A stretch of 64,000 nucleotides of DNA from Candidatus Poribacteria bacterium (lineage in GTDB: Bacteria > Poribacteria > WGA-4E > WGA-3G), in assembly GCA_003635195.1 (NCBI GenBank), contig PYIY01000195.1, positions 13,961 to 77,960 of the forward strand, written 5' to 3'. This document shows positions 10,256-19,050 of the stretch, piece after piece. Position 1 is the stretch's first letter. Each line of letters opens with the position of its first letter. Below the pieces are notes generated by a model that ran no database searches, had not been told where the DNA came from, and saw only the letters and a program-made list of their open reading frames with translations. Both the position numbers and the translations under genes were made by a program.

Positions 10256-10309
10256 AATCCACCTCCGTTTTCAGGGAACCTTGCTACGATTCCGTGCCTA
10301 TAGTAAGCT

Positions 10310-10738
10310 TCAACGTTTCTCGTCTGTCCATAAACCTCGATCGGGTCCCTTCCATTGATAAGGTACTATTTTCGACAGATCGCCAATATTATACTCCAGA
10401 AATTCACACCCTGCTTCTATAACATACCCTTCGTTTGTGAAAACAGGGAACTCTAATTTGGCGAGAGCATCAAAAGGTTCGATCTCCAGCTGGACATCAA
10501 GTTTACCTTCCACTGTCTTGTAAAAAAAATCTGCGGAATGGCTTTCATGTTTCAGGATCATGACAGTACCGGACTGCTGAACCTCGCCATTAGATGCGCA
10601 AACCTTCACGCTGACGAGAAGATTACTCGCCGGTGGGGGATCTGAATGCACCTTAAACCATAAACCTTTGTGTGAACCCTCTGCAACGCCCTCATTTGGA
10701 CCGAGGATTTGAAATGTGACCGTTGGAATATCGCTCAT
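10310..10738 (-). CDS. Hypothetical protein
   Basis: Clean 142-aa ORF with coding-like composition. No recognised motif. Confidence 0.45.
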   Translation of the reverse strand: MSDIPTVTFQILGPNEGVAEGSHKGLWFKVHSDPPPASNLLVSVKVCASNGEVQQSGTVMILKHESHSADFFYKTVEGKLDVQLEIEPFDALAKLEFPVFTNEGYVIEAGCEFLEYNIGDLSKIVPYQWKGPDRGLWTDEKR

Positions 10739-10916
10739 TATTTACCATCCTAAAAAATAGTCGTACCTATACGTCAATACCGAGAATAAGGACCGGGATA
10801 TCAATATCAGCAACGCCCCGCTGCTCTAAATCGTACACACCCAGTGATAGTAGCGAAAATCGCAACCGCAAAACTGAAAATCAAAACTTATTCTCACATC
10901 TATCGCACGCGAAAAC

Positions 10917-11294
10917 TTAATAGTAATGCTCACCATAATTATTACTGCCTGGCGTGCCGGGCAGACAACAAAGAATCACCAAAAGGACTATCCACCCAAT
11001 AATGGGAATCATGCCCAACAATAAACACCAACCTGATATATTAATATCTTGTAAGCGTTTTGTCGAAACAATGCAACTGATACAAAACCAGACAAGGAGA
11101 AAGGAAAGAACCAGAACTATCCAAATATCTACAGGCAAACCAACATGAAGAGCAACCTCCTCGATGAGAAAAAGAAGAACAAAGACAAGCAAGCACATCA
11201 GGAGATAGCACAAATATTGTAAACGGTTAATTCGACCTTTAAAGGAAAACAGAAATTCAGATAAAGGCATTGCGTCTTTCTTTGCTATTTTCAT
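10917..11294 (-). CDS. DUF805 family inner-membrane protein
   Basis: FKGRINRLQY...STKRLQDINISGW...IPIIGW...PGTPGSNNYGE matches the DUF805 (YhaH-like) consensus. It has 3-4 TM helices. Confidence 0.7.
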   Translation of the reverse strand: MKIAKKDAMPLSEFLFSFKGRINRLQYLCYLLMCLLVFVLLFLIEEVALHVGLPVDIWIVLVLSFLLVWFCISCIVSTKRLQDINISGWCLLLGMIPIIGWIVLLVILCCLPGTPGSNNYGEHYY

Positions 11295-11512
11295 TTCTTA
11301 AGTCCTCCGCATCGCCTACGCCATTCTTTGCCGTATCTTTCTTGGGATGGCTTTCTTCGCGGTGCCGGAGGCGGCTCCGTGAATGGTTCGCCTCGCGCCT
11401 TGGCTTGCTTTCTACGTTGATCCCAATCTTCGATCTCTTTGTAGACCTCATCTTTCGCCTTAGCGATAAGTCGTTCTTCTCTCTTGAGAGTATCTCTGAT
11501 ACGCTGAAACAT
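11291..11512 (-). CDS. Small basic hypothetical protein
   Basis: 73-aa Lys/Arg-rich ORF, 4-nt overlap with the downstream gene. Weak support. Confidence 0.3.
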   Translation of the reverse strand: MFQRIRDTLKREERLIAKAKDEVYKEIEDWDQRRKQAKARGEPFTEPPPAPRRKPSQERYGKEWRRRCGGLKK

Positions 11513-11517
11513 GCTGT

Positions 11518-13425
11518 CTATTCCTGATCCGGTTGTTGATAATACTGTCCGAGTACTTCATTGGCAAGGCTTCTGCCATCTTCAATGACGCGTGCTGCGA
11601 AATCAAGCGTAACTTGTTCAATGTTGCTCTCTTGCGCCCGCTGTTCAATTCGGGTCTGCGTAATATTCCGCATAAATCCAGCAGGTACTAAATTCAAGCG
11701 TTCGATTGCCTCTTCCGTCCATTTCACTGGACTTTCAAAACCTTGAACGGCTTCAGGACTCTGAGAGTCGGAAGTCTGTGTTTGCAAGGTTCTAAGCTCA
11801 GGGGCATCCTCACGCACTGCAGCTGCTTCCCCCATGCTGTCGTTGATAATCTCTGTTGCGAAGGCATTGGTGATAGTGCCAATTTTTTGGGCGCGTGCGG
11901 ATTTTTCGATGCGTGCTTTGACGTTTCGACGCATATAGCCGCGCGGCACCCCGCGCAGTGCCTTTTTCGCCTGTTCCGACCATTGGAGTCGGATGCCATC
12001 AAACGTTTCTTCTTCAGCAGCACCGCCTTCGTCTACGGCGATATTCTCCAGAGAATCCTTATCGACCATCTGAAAACGTTCCGGCGGTGAACTACAGACA
12101 GGACACTGGACAGGTTGCTGGTTGTGTGCGGCGTAGCCACATTCGCCGCAGATAAATGTTTGGACTGCATCTGATTCCAAGACTTTCTGTTCGGCGATCT
12201 CTTTTGCGACACGGGTGAGTTTTTCAGAGGCGCGTTGCGGCATAATCGCTTCCATCGCCATGTCAATGACACTCTCGGTAATAACAGAGTGCCCACGTTC
12301 TATAGCAAACCGATGGACGGCTGTTTTGGCGATGCCGCGCACCAAGGGTGGGGCTTTCTCCATTCTATCTAACGCCTCCTGCGTCCAGACGAGCGTTTCT
12401 TCCGCCTTCACATCTATTTGTGGGAAATAACGTTGACTGGATAAAAGGACATTGCAAGGCGCGAGACGTAAGAGATTCTCAGCAGTGCTTCCGATGTCCA
12501 TATCTTGTTCACTGTGGACACCGATTCTGCCTAAGACGAGGAGCCACGGGTTGGTTTTTCGGGCATATTGTAGAATTTTTTCGTAGGCTTTTCCATCAAG
12601 TAGGGTGATTTTTAGGGCATAGTCGTGTTCATCTTTTGCGATGGCGCGTGCGACTTCCAAATGTGACTGATAAATTTTAGCGAGTCCGGTATCAATGACC
12701 TCTTCGTGGAGTTGTTCTTGCTCTTTAAACCTGAAAGTTCTTGCGGCGCGCTCGGTTAGCACATTCACGACCGAATTGAAGACGATGTAGTGTAAATAAG
12801 GGTCATAGACGCCAACGGCTTCAACCTGTCTGTTGAACTTTTGTCCGAGTTGTATTGCGGTTTTCAAACCTGAGAAAGATTCAGGGCTACCATCAATTCC
12901 GACGAGGATATTTCCTTCATGTGCTTCAATGGGTTCAAGGTCCCGGACAACGAGCGTATCGGTATTAATACGACGGACGACGCGTTCAGTGACACCGCCG
13001 ATAAGGCTATCTTTGACTGCTCCCATCCCGAGTGCGCCCATAATGACGAGATCGTAATCGCTTTCTTGAATGTCTTCAACGAGTTTTATGTAGTGTTTAC
13101 CTTCCGGCATTTTGGGTTCAAACGGGATGTCAAATTCGGTGCACTTCTGTTTCATCACCTCAAGATAGGAATCGGAGATCAGTTGCAGTCCCATTGTAAT
13201 GAGCGTATCGTGGATTCGGCGTTGTTTTTCAAGTTCCACCTCGTCTTGATACTCCTCCGGGAGCGTGTATTCCATCTGCTTGAAGCGGACATCGTGCATC
13301 TTTGCGGCGTAAACGTGCGAGCCGACGAGATGTGAGCCGAATTTCTTCGCGAATTCAACCGCCAAAGCGATACTTGCATCCGAGTAGTCGGAATTATCAA
13401 CGGGCACGTAAATCTTTTTAATCAT
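11518..13425 (-). CDS. Tandem universal stress protein (UspA) domains fused to three PCP_red domains and a rubredoxin-like Zn ribbon
   Basis: There are two USP domains (KKIYVPVDNSDYS...DYDLVIMGALG...; ILVGIDGSPES...LLVLGRIGV). Three W(T/S).EA...L...P.F.R...... repeats match PCP_red. CGECGY...CPVCSS forms the Zn ribbon. Confidence 0.8.
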   Translation of the reverse strand: MIKKIYVPVDNSDYSDASIALAVEFAKKFGSHLVGSHVYAAKMHDVRFKQMEYTLPEEYQDEVELEKQRRIHDTLITMGLQLISDSYLEVMKQKCTEFDIPFEPKMPEGKHYIKLVEDIQESDYDLVIMGALGMGAVKDSLIGGVTERVVRRINTDTLVVRDLEPIEAHEGNILVGIDGSPESFSGLKTAIQLGQKFNRQVEAVGVYDPYLHYIVFNSVVNVLTERAARTFRFKEQEQLHEEVIDTGLAKIYQSHLEVARAIAKDEHDYALKITLLDGKAYEKILQYARKTNPWLLVLGRIGVHSEQDMDIGSTAENLLRLAPCNVLLSSQRYFPQIDVKAEETLVWTQEALDRMEKAPPLVRGIAKTAVHRFAIERGHSVITESVIDMAMEAIMPQRASEKLTRVAKEIAEQKVLESDAVQTFICGECGYAAHNQQPVQCPVCSSPPERFQMVDKDSLENIAVDEGGAAEEETFDGIRLQWSEQAKKALRGVPRGYMRRNVKARIEKSARAQKIGTITNAFATEIINDSMGEAAAVREDAPELRTLQTQTSDSQSPEAVQGFESPVKWTEEAIERLNLVPAGFMRNITQTRIEQRAQESNIEQVTLDFAARVIEDGRSLANEVLGQYYQQPDQE

Positions 13426-13439
13426 TTTTTTAATTTTCC

Positions 13440-13665
13440 TTGCGGTTTTTTAACTTTCCTTGCGGTAGAACAACGTAGGTTTCGTATTTCACGCGCCTTC
13501 CTCAAGAGCCGCCCTCCACTACGTTACGGGCTACGGTTTCGGTCTTTCAGGTTAGGATTTTTAATTTTCCTTGCGGTAGAACAGCGTAGGTTTCGTATTT
13601 CACGCGCCTTCCTCAAGAGCCGCCCTCCACTACGTTACGGGCTACGGTTTCTGTAACGCGCCCCC
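13440..13665. repeat. Tandem direct duplication (about 2 x 120 bp) carrying three TTTTCCTTGCGGT leader modules
   Basis: The unit ttttaattttccttgcggtagaaca(a/g)cgtaggtttcgtatttcacgcgccttcctcaagagccgccctccactacgttacgggctacggttt is repeated head-to-tail directly upstream of the 13425 start codon. Confidence 0.6.
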
Positions 13666-13901
13666 AGAAAACCACCAAGTATATGTGCGATTATCGTTGC
13701 TGGCCATAAGTAAACTATCGCAGTTTGCCACTTCCAATGAAGGATAAAGTGCCGAGCAACGATGTTAATTGTGATCGGAATATAGAGGCATCTGCTCCAC
13801 GGACGGCTGAATCGCTTGAACTGTCCACGAAAAAATCCGAAGGTGAAGTGAATCACAAAAGCCGCGAGGGAGATTAAGAGATTCAGATCAAAGTCTCTCA
13901 T
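13635..13901 (-). CDS. Small membrane protein, hypothetical
   Basis: 88 aa with 2 predicted TM helices. It is translationally coupled (ATGA overlap) to sco1 upstream. Confidence 0.4.
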   Translation of the reverse strand: MRDFDLNLLISLAAFVIHFTFGFFRGQFKRFSRPWSRCLYIPITINIVARHFILHWKWQTAIVYLWPATIIAHILGGFLGARYRNRSP

Positions 13902-14542
13902 TTTTTTAGGAGTGCTTTGATATCTCGCCGTAAACGCAGCATCGCGGGTTTGCTTCGACTATCGTAGAAGTCGTGAATGTTCCCATCCGCTTTGACGAGA
14001 ACAAACCGCGGACTATGGAGTATTTCGCTTCCTTTGTGGCCCGCGGCTAAACTAAATCCTTCTTTGGCTAATTGGTAGATCTGCGCTTTGTCGCCAGTGA
14101 GAAAGTGCCAACGTCTACTGTCTGCTCCATAAGCCGATGCGTAGCGGAAGAGGACCTTTGGTGTATCCCGCTCTGGATCTACGGAGAACGAGACGAAATA
14201 GACAAGGTCTGCAATAAATTCGGATTGTAGGCGCGCCATCTCTTGTGTCATCGCTGGGCAGATCGTTGGGCAATTGGTGAAGATGAAATCTGCGATCCAA
14301 ATTTTGCCTGCCATGTCGGATAGGCTTAACGACTGTCCTTGCTGATCCGTTAAATTAAAATCAGGTACGCGGGCTTCAACGAGCTTGGGAAGATTGGGCG
14401 ATTCCTCTAACTTCGTATCAAACGCCGACCACAAGTTAATCCCAGCGATAGTGATAATGATGACCCCGAGTCCTACCCAGATCAGGGTGCTTTTGTCAAA
14501 TTTGGGCCTCGTTTTAGCGGCATTATCGGCTTGTGCTTCCAT
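13898..14542 (-). CDS. sco1: SCO1/SenC family copper chaperone for cytochrome oxidase CuA assembly
   Basis: Thioredoxin fold with the CxxxC motif FIFTNCPTICP is present. N-terminal TM anchor is present. It sits in a cox cluster. Confidence 0.85.
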   Translation of the reverse strand: MEAQADNAAKTRPKFDKSTLIWVGLGVIIITIAGINLWSAFDTKLEESPNLPKLVEARVPDFNLTDQQGQSLSLSDMAGKIWIADFIFTNCPTICPAMTQEMARLQSEFIADLVYFVSFSVDPERDTPKVLFRYASAYGADSRRWHFLTGDKAQIYQLAKEGFSLAAGHKGSEILHSPRFVLVKADGNIHDFYDSRSKPAMLRLRRDIKALLKK

Positions 14543-14562
14543 ATTCCAAATCCAGTGGGTAG

Positions 14563-14907
14563 TTAGTGAGACGACGTATCCACAACTTCCGCCGCCGGTT
14601 TCTCTATGCCATCGAGTCGCGTATCTAATGTGAGGTCAGGCATCAGCATAATCACGAGAAAAACGCAGATAATAAAAGGTGTTAGCACGATAATTGTCAA
14701 CGTCCTTCTTTCAAATTTCAGATGCATGAAATAGATCGCGACTAAAGCAGCTTTAGAACAAGCTAATCCGATGAGCAGGATAGCTTTTAGCACGATTGCG
14801 TATTCCGGTATCGCCACGGCGACCTCAATAATAGTTAGCGCAAGCAGCCACCAGAAAATCCTAAAGTATTTTGGATGCTCTTTATGTCCGTTCTCTGCCA
14901 TTTTCAT
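14563..14907 (-). CDS. ctaF: Cytochrome c oxidase subunit IV (bacterial CoxD/CtaF family)
   Basis: HPKYFRIFWWLLALTIIEVAVAI matches COX4_pro. Start taken as MKMAENG at 14907 with an AGGAG SD; the ORF-track extension into coxIII is rejected. Confidence 0.65.
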   Translation of the reverse strand: MKMAENGHKEHPKYFRIFWWLLALTIIEVAVAIPEYAIVLKAILLIGLACSKAALVAIYFMHLKFERRTLTIIVLTPFIICVFLVIMLMPDLTLDTRLDGIEKPAAEVVDTSSH

Positions 14908-14912
14908 TTCTC

Positions 14913-15563
14913 CTATAGTAGATAGATGAAGGTAAAAACCATAATCCAGATAAGATCGACGAAGTGCCAATAGAGTCCAACGATTTCTACCTCATGGTTA
15001 AATTCGGCGGTATACCTACCAGACCATCCATTTCTCAATATAACAATGAGATAAATGACCCCACCAGTTACATGTAATCCATGGAAACCGGTGATAGCGT
15101 AGAAAGTGGGACCAAAAAGTGTTGAGCCGCTAATTGCTGCACCTGATAACCCGTGCTCGGGAATACCCGTAAGCGTCAACCCATGGTGAATCAGATGATA
15201 CCATTCATAAGCCTGCAATCCGAGGAAGATGACGCCGCCTAAAATCGTTAATCCCAGAAAGTCGCACATCCGTCCGACCTTACCGTCCTGAATAGACTCC
15301 AGTGCTTTTACCATTGTGACACTACTGCATATCAACAGAAATGTCATAAACGCGGTTAGGTTAATACCGAGGATTTCGTCCGGTGGTACCCAACCGACTA
15401 TGCCTGCGCCTGCTCGGATAGCCGCATAAGCCGCCAGTAACGCCCCAAATGACATGGTATCCCCAACGAGAAAAATCCACATACCGAGCTTGCCGAGGCT
15501 ATCCGGCGTAAGCGAAGGCTCGTATACGTCTTCAGTGTGGTCTAAAGTGGTAGCGTGTTCCAC
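14913..15563 (-). CDS. ctaE: Cytochrome c oxidase subunit III
   Basis: Cox3 fold with 7 TM and conserved HGLHVTGGVIYL and W.HFVD.IW segments. GTG start with an AAGGAG SD. Confidence 0.9.
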   Translation of the reverse strand: MEHATTLDHTEDVYEPSLTPDSLGKLGMWIFLVGDTMSFGALLAAYAAIRAGAGIVGWVPPDEILGINLTAFMTFLLICSSVTMVKALESIQDGKVGRMCDFLGLTILGGVIFLGLQAYEWYHLIHHGLTLTGIPEHGLSGAAISGSTLFGPTFYAITGFHGLHVTGGVIYLIVILRNGWSGRYTAEFNHEVEIVGLYWHFVDLIWIMVFTFIYLL

Positions 15564-15582
15564 TATATTTAAACTCCTTATA

Positions 15583-15682
15583 TTAGTTATCAGTTATCAG
15601 TTCTCGGTTATCAGTTAAAGAAGCGTTTGGAATTACCGGAATTCCGCTTTAAGTGGTTACTGATAACTAAGAACTATTTTTC
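15583..15682. repeat. Hexamer-repeat palindromic element in the coxIII leader
   Basis: gttatcagttatcagttctcggttatcagttaaag is followed after 40 nt by the inverted arm ggttactgataactaagaac. Confidence 0.45.
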
Positions 15683-15918
15683 GTAGATGATTCCTGATCG
15701 GTCGATTTTCTGTTTGCCCGTCGGTATTGTAAATAAACTGTGCTGCCGATGACTCCGAAGACTGTAAATGGCATTGCCATCAAGAAAAGGATACTGAAAT
15801 TAAAACCTTTAGCGATCGGGTCATCAAGTGTTTTACAAGCGGGACACGCCTCAAGATATGTCGGTACGATGAGCATAACGCATATCAAGAGGAAAACCCA
15901 GAAAAAAAATCTATACAT
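15667..15918 (-). CDS. Small membrane protein with CPAC motif, hypothetical (cox-cluster associated)
   Basis: Start MYRFFFWV at 15918 has an AAGGA SD. Two TM helices flank EACPACK. Confidence 0.4.
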   Translation of the reverse strand: MYRFFFWVFLLICVMLIVPTYLEACPACKTLDDPIAKGFNFSILFLMAMPFTVFGVIGSTVYLQYRRANRKSTDQESSTKNSS

Positions 15919-15940
15919 CCTAACAATCCTTTCATGATAT

Positions 15941-16534
15941 CTACGAGAGATATACCAAAACGTAGAGAATTGGCCAGAGTGCGACAACAAAAATCCAATA
16001 GATCATACAGGTATCAACGCCTGTGTAACGGTTTGCAGAGAACCGTCCTGCCATCGCCATTCCGAAAACAATAAACAACCAGATAACAGCACTCAGCACA
16101 TGAACAGCATGGCAGCCGATGAGCACATAAAAGATGCCGCCATACACACCCGACTGAAGCGTGAGCCCCTTGCGAATGAGTTGTACCCATTCGCTTCCCT
16201 GTACACCGAGGAAGAGGAGCCCAAGCACGCCTGTGATTAAAAGCCAATTACGGAGCTGCTTTACTCCGTCTTTTTGAATTGCGCGCCACGCTTGAAACAT
16301 TGTATAACCGCTGAGCAGAAGCAGTGCGGTATTAATGCCAGTTACGACACGTGGTAGCTCAATCCCGATATGCGATGGCGGGGGCCAGGTAACGTTCCCG
16401 ACCCGAAATACGAGAAATGTCCCGATAAGTCCAGAAAACAGCATCGTCTCTGCGCCGAGTAGGACCAATATCCCTAATCGTGCGTTGCTTAGCGGTTGGC
16501 GTTCCTGGACTTCAGAGTTATTATGTGTCATCAT
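15941..16534 (-). CDS. Cytochrome c oxidase subunit III-like protein (second, short Cox3 family member)
   Basis: 5 TM with Cox3-like GCHAVHVLSAVIWL and W.FV..LW segments. Distinct from ctaE. Confidence 0.7.
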   Translation of the reverse strand: MMTHNNSEVQERQPLSNARLGILVLLGAETMLFSGLIGTFLVFRVGNVTWPPPSHIGIELPRVVTGINTALLLLSGYTMFQAWRAIQKDGVKQLRNWLLITGVLGLLFLGVQGSEWVQLIRKGLTLQSGVYGGIFYVLIGCHAVHVLSAVIWLFIVFGMAMAGRFSANRYTGVDTCMIYWIFVVALWPILYVLVYLS

Positions 16535-16926
16535 TCGCGCACCCTGTTTTTTAGAATCCGCAGAACAATCTCAACTACCGCTGCAATAACCAATAGCAAG
16601 ACGATAATGCGAACGGCAACACCTAAAATCGTGGCAGTGACACCGCCTGCGATTGCTCCTATGACAAACAGAGCCGTCACAAGCAGAGATAGAATAACGG
16701 TAAGGCGGCGATTTTGAACAATTTCACCTATCGCTGCGATAATCAATAGCAACCCGATAATGCCCAGAACCGGGACAACCAGACTACTCACAACACCTTC
16801 AACAGATTGCGGTGCTTTGCTGCCTGTAATTATCGCTGCTGTCACAATAGTAAATAATCCGAAAAACAACAGTGCCAAGATAAGTCCGAGGCGGCGATTT
16901 CGCTTGCGATGCTCTGGTGCGTTCAT
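16531..16926 (-). CDS. Hydrophobic membrane protein with internal duplication, hypothetical
   Basis: 131 aa, 4 TM. Repeated ..IIAAIGEIVQNRR / ..VIAAVVEIVLRILKNR hairpins. ATGA overlap with the downstream gene. Confidence 0.45.
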   Translation of the reverse strand: MNAPEHRKRNRRLGLILALLFFGLFTIVTAAIITGSKAPQSVEGVVSSLVVPVLGIIGLLLIIAAIGEIVQNRRLTVILSLLVTALFVIGAIAGGVTATILGVAVRIIVLLLVIAAVVEIVLRILKNRVRE

Positions 16927-16974
16927 GAGTACTCCAATGGCTTCTGAGATAACGTCATTTGCTTCCTCGTTAAC

Positions 16975-17901
16975 CTAAATTTTATCCAATGCCATTGTGA
17001 TAAATACCACTGGCAGATAAAGCAACGATGCATATAACAGATAGCGTGCCGCTTTCACTGAGCGGGTGCGTTGTAGATAGATGCCGAACGCCAGAAATGT
17101 CCCACCTGCCAACAGTGCTGTGAAAAAGTAGATACTCCCTGCAACGTTGTACAAAGCAGGCAATAAACCGATCCCGAGGAGTGCGACGCAATTAATCACA
17201 ATTTGGCGGCACGTGCTTGATCCATCCGGATGAATGACCGGTAATAGACGGAATCCCGCTTTTGCGTAGTCTTCACGATAGATGTAGGCGATTGCGAGAG
17301 AATGCGGGAGTTGCCACAAAAAGAGTATCGCGAATAGCACCCATGCCTCACCTGTTAGTGTCCCTCTCGCCGCGACCCATCCAACGACTGGTGGCAGTGC
17401 GCCTGGCACCGCGCCGATAAGCGTGCACAGCGAGGTTTTCCGCTTGAGTGGCGTATAGAGGAATAGATAACTCACAACTATTAAGGAAATGACGAATCCG
17501 CTGAGTGTATTGACGATGAACGTCAGATAAAGCATTCCACCACCTGCGAGGGCAGCACCGACAAGTAGTGCCTCCAACGGTTTCATCCGACCATCTGGCA
17601 GCGGTCTTTCCTGCGTCCGTTTCATCTGTGCATCTACATCGCGTTCAAGGTATTGGTTAAGTCCTAACACACCCGCTGCTGTCAATCCAGCCCCGATAAG
17701 CGTATGCAAGCAGAGCATCCAGTTTACAGTCTGCTGCACGCCGAGATAGAAACCCGCAGCGGTTGTAATGAGTATCATCACCACCAATCGCGGTTTGATA
17801 AACTCAATATAGTCAGCGGCGCGTCGCACGAAAACCGTATGCTTCGACGGCGGATTTGCTGTATTCGTGTTGTCTGGTAAAGTTATTATTGTAGAACGCA
17901 T
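16975..17901 (-). CDS. ctaB: Protoheme IX farnesyltransferase (heme O synthase)
   Basis: UbiA-family prenyltransferase with N..LER DVD (NxxxDxxxD-like) motif and 8-9 TM. Cox-cluster context. Confidence 0.9.
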   Translation of the reverse strand: MRSTIITLPDNTNTANPPSKHTVFVRRAADYIEFIKPRLVVMILITTAAGFYLGVQQTVNWMLCLHTLIGAGLTAAGVLGLNQYLERDVDAQMKRTQERPLPDGRMKPLEALLVGAALAGGGMLYLTFIVNTLSGFVISLIVVSYLFLYTPLKRKTSLCTLIGAVPGALPPVVGWVAARGTLTGEAWVLFAILFLWQLPHSLAIAYIYREDYAKAGFRLLPVIHPDGSSTCRQIVINCVALLGIGLLPALYNVAGSIYFFTALLAGGTFLAFGIYLQRTRSVKAARYLLYASLLYLPVVFITMALDKI

Positions 17902-17911
17902 TATGTCTATC

Positions 17912-18880
17912 TCATTCGGTAGCTAACGCATCGCTTGCGTGCGTTTCAACAGTTACCGATGCATCAGTGAATCGGTAAATCTTTAAGGTAAGCACAAAAC
18001 TGCCCACCAACATGAGTGCACCAACAGCAACGTGTGCAGTGGTAATTGTTACCGTGAGCGCGGTTGCAAAGGTTTCGCCGAATGCGGTAAGCTTTGCGAA
18101 AAATGCCCCTGTGCCGAGCATCAACTGGACAGCGAGCAGACCGAGCAGTAGTAGTGGCATTGATTGTCCAATTCTCTCAGTGTCACCGTTCATCGCCAAA
18201 ATACGTCTCGCCAACAAAAAGATATGCAGCGCGACGAGAAAAGCGAAGATAAGATGTGCATCAAGCCTGCTCCCGGTATGCCGTAAAATAGCACCAAAAA
18301 TGAGCTGCATATAAATGAGGCATGTCGTAATCAGACTTAACCGGCGCAGTATGGGCGAGGAGACCTTGAAGAAACTCCCAAGCAAAAACCCCCTACGAAT
18401 CGGAGTTTCAGTTTTATCGTGCCACCAGTCCCGCGAGGTGAACCAAGCGATCCCACAGAGTAAAGCAAAAAACGCTTGAGCGAGACATGCATGTACGATC
18501 GCGAAGTTGCGGTTAATCTGCGTAACCCGAAGCCCACCAAGAACGCCCTGTACAACAACAGCGATAAGTGCAGCGAGTCCGAGCCATTTTAGCCATTTTC
18601 GGGAATCCTTTGCTAATATCAAGACAAAGAGCGCGATTGTCAAGAGTCCGACGAGTGAGCCCATGAGTCGATGACTATGTTCATACAAGATCCCCCCCAC
18701 CATCTCCGATAATGGATAGAGGAACATATTGTACCCGAAGGTTGTTGGCCAATCAGGGACAGCCAAGCCGGAATCTGTACTTGTAACAATCCCCCCGATG
18801 ACAATTAACAAGAAGGTCGCGCCTGCAGTGAGGCGTGCGATTCTGTGTAGCCATGGACTGTAATTAGCGTGATTTTCCAT
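17912..18880 (-). CDS. ctaA: Heme A synthase (COX15/CtaA family, type 2 without Cys loop)
   Basis: 8 TM with conserved EHSHRLMGS and HV.VGALML histidine sites. It contains an in-frame copy of the GAAGAAAC.CCCAAGCAAAAACCCCCTACG repeat module at 18361..18393 (see findings). Confidence 0.85.
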   Translation of the reverse strand: MENHANYSPWLHRIARLTAGATFLLIVIGGIVTSTDSGLAVPDWPTTFGYNMFLYPLSEMVGGILYEHSHRLMGSLVGLLTIALFVLILAKDSRKWLKWLGLAALIAVVVQGVLGGLRVTQINRNFAIVHACLAQAFFALLCGIAWFTSRDWWHDKTETPIRRGFLLGSFFKVSSPILRRLSLITTCLIYMQLIFGAILRHTGSRLDAHLIFAFLVALHIFLLARRILAMNGDTERIGQSMPLLLLGLLAVQLMLGTGAFFAKLTAFGETFATALTVTITTAHVAVGALMLVGSFVLTLKIYRFTDASVTVETHASDALATE

Positions 18881-18912
18881 GCTGCGTTTTCAGAATTTTA
18901 CAGAGGCATGGT

Positions 18913-19032
18913 TGAATGAAGATTAAAAAATTAATTCGGCAATTTCTTAGCGAAGTCCGGTGCGGTTGCAAACCGCACCTACCGGGCCTGGGAAGAATTA
19001 GAATTACCGATTTAAATACTGAAACTTCATAA
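18913..19032. repeat. MITE-like palindromic element (copy 2 of 1227..1345)
   Basis: gaatgaagattaaaaaattaattcggcaatttcttagcgaag-CCGGTGCGGTTgcaAACCGCACCTACCGGGCCTGG-gaagaattagaattaccgatttaaa. The terminal arms attaattcgg(t/c)aatt / aattaccgat are inverted repeats. Confidence 0.55.
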
Positions 19033-19050
19033 AACCGTGCCTACAACTGC

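Noticed and set aside
13440-13665. Possible CRISPR array (direct repeats at 13440-13665 and 28790-28990)
   Set aside because: There are only two tandem units of about 105-120 bp with no short unique spacers. The repeats contain the same leader module found upstream of many genes. No cas genes are present.
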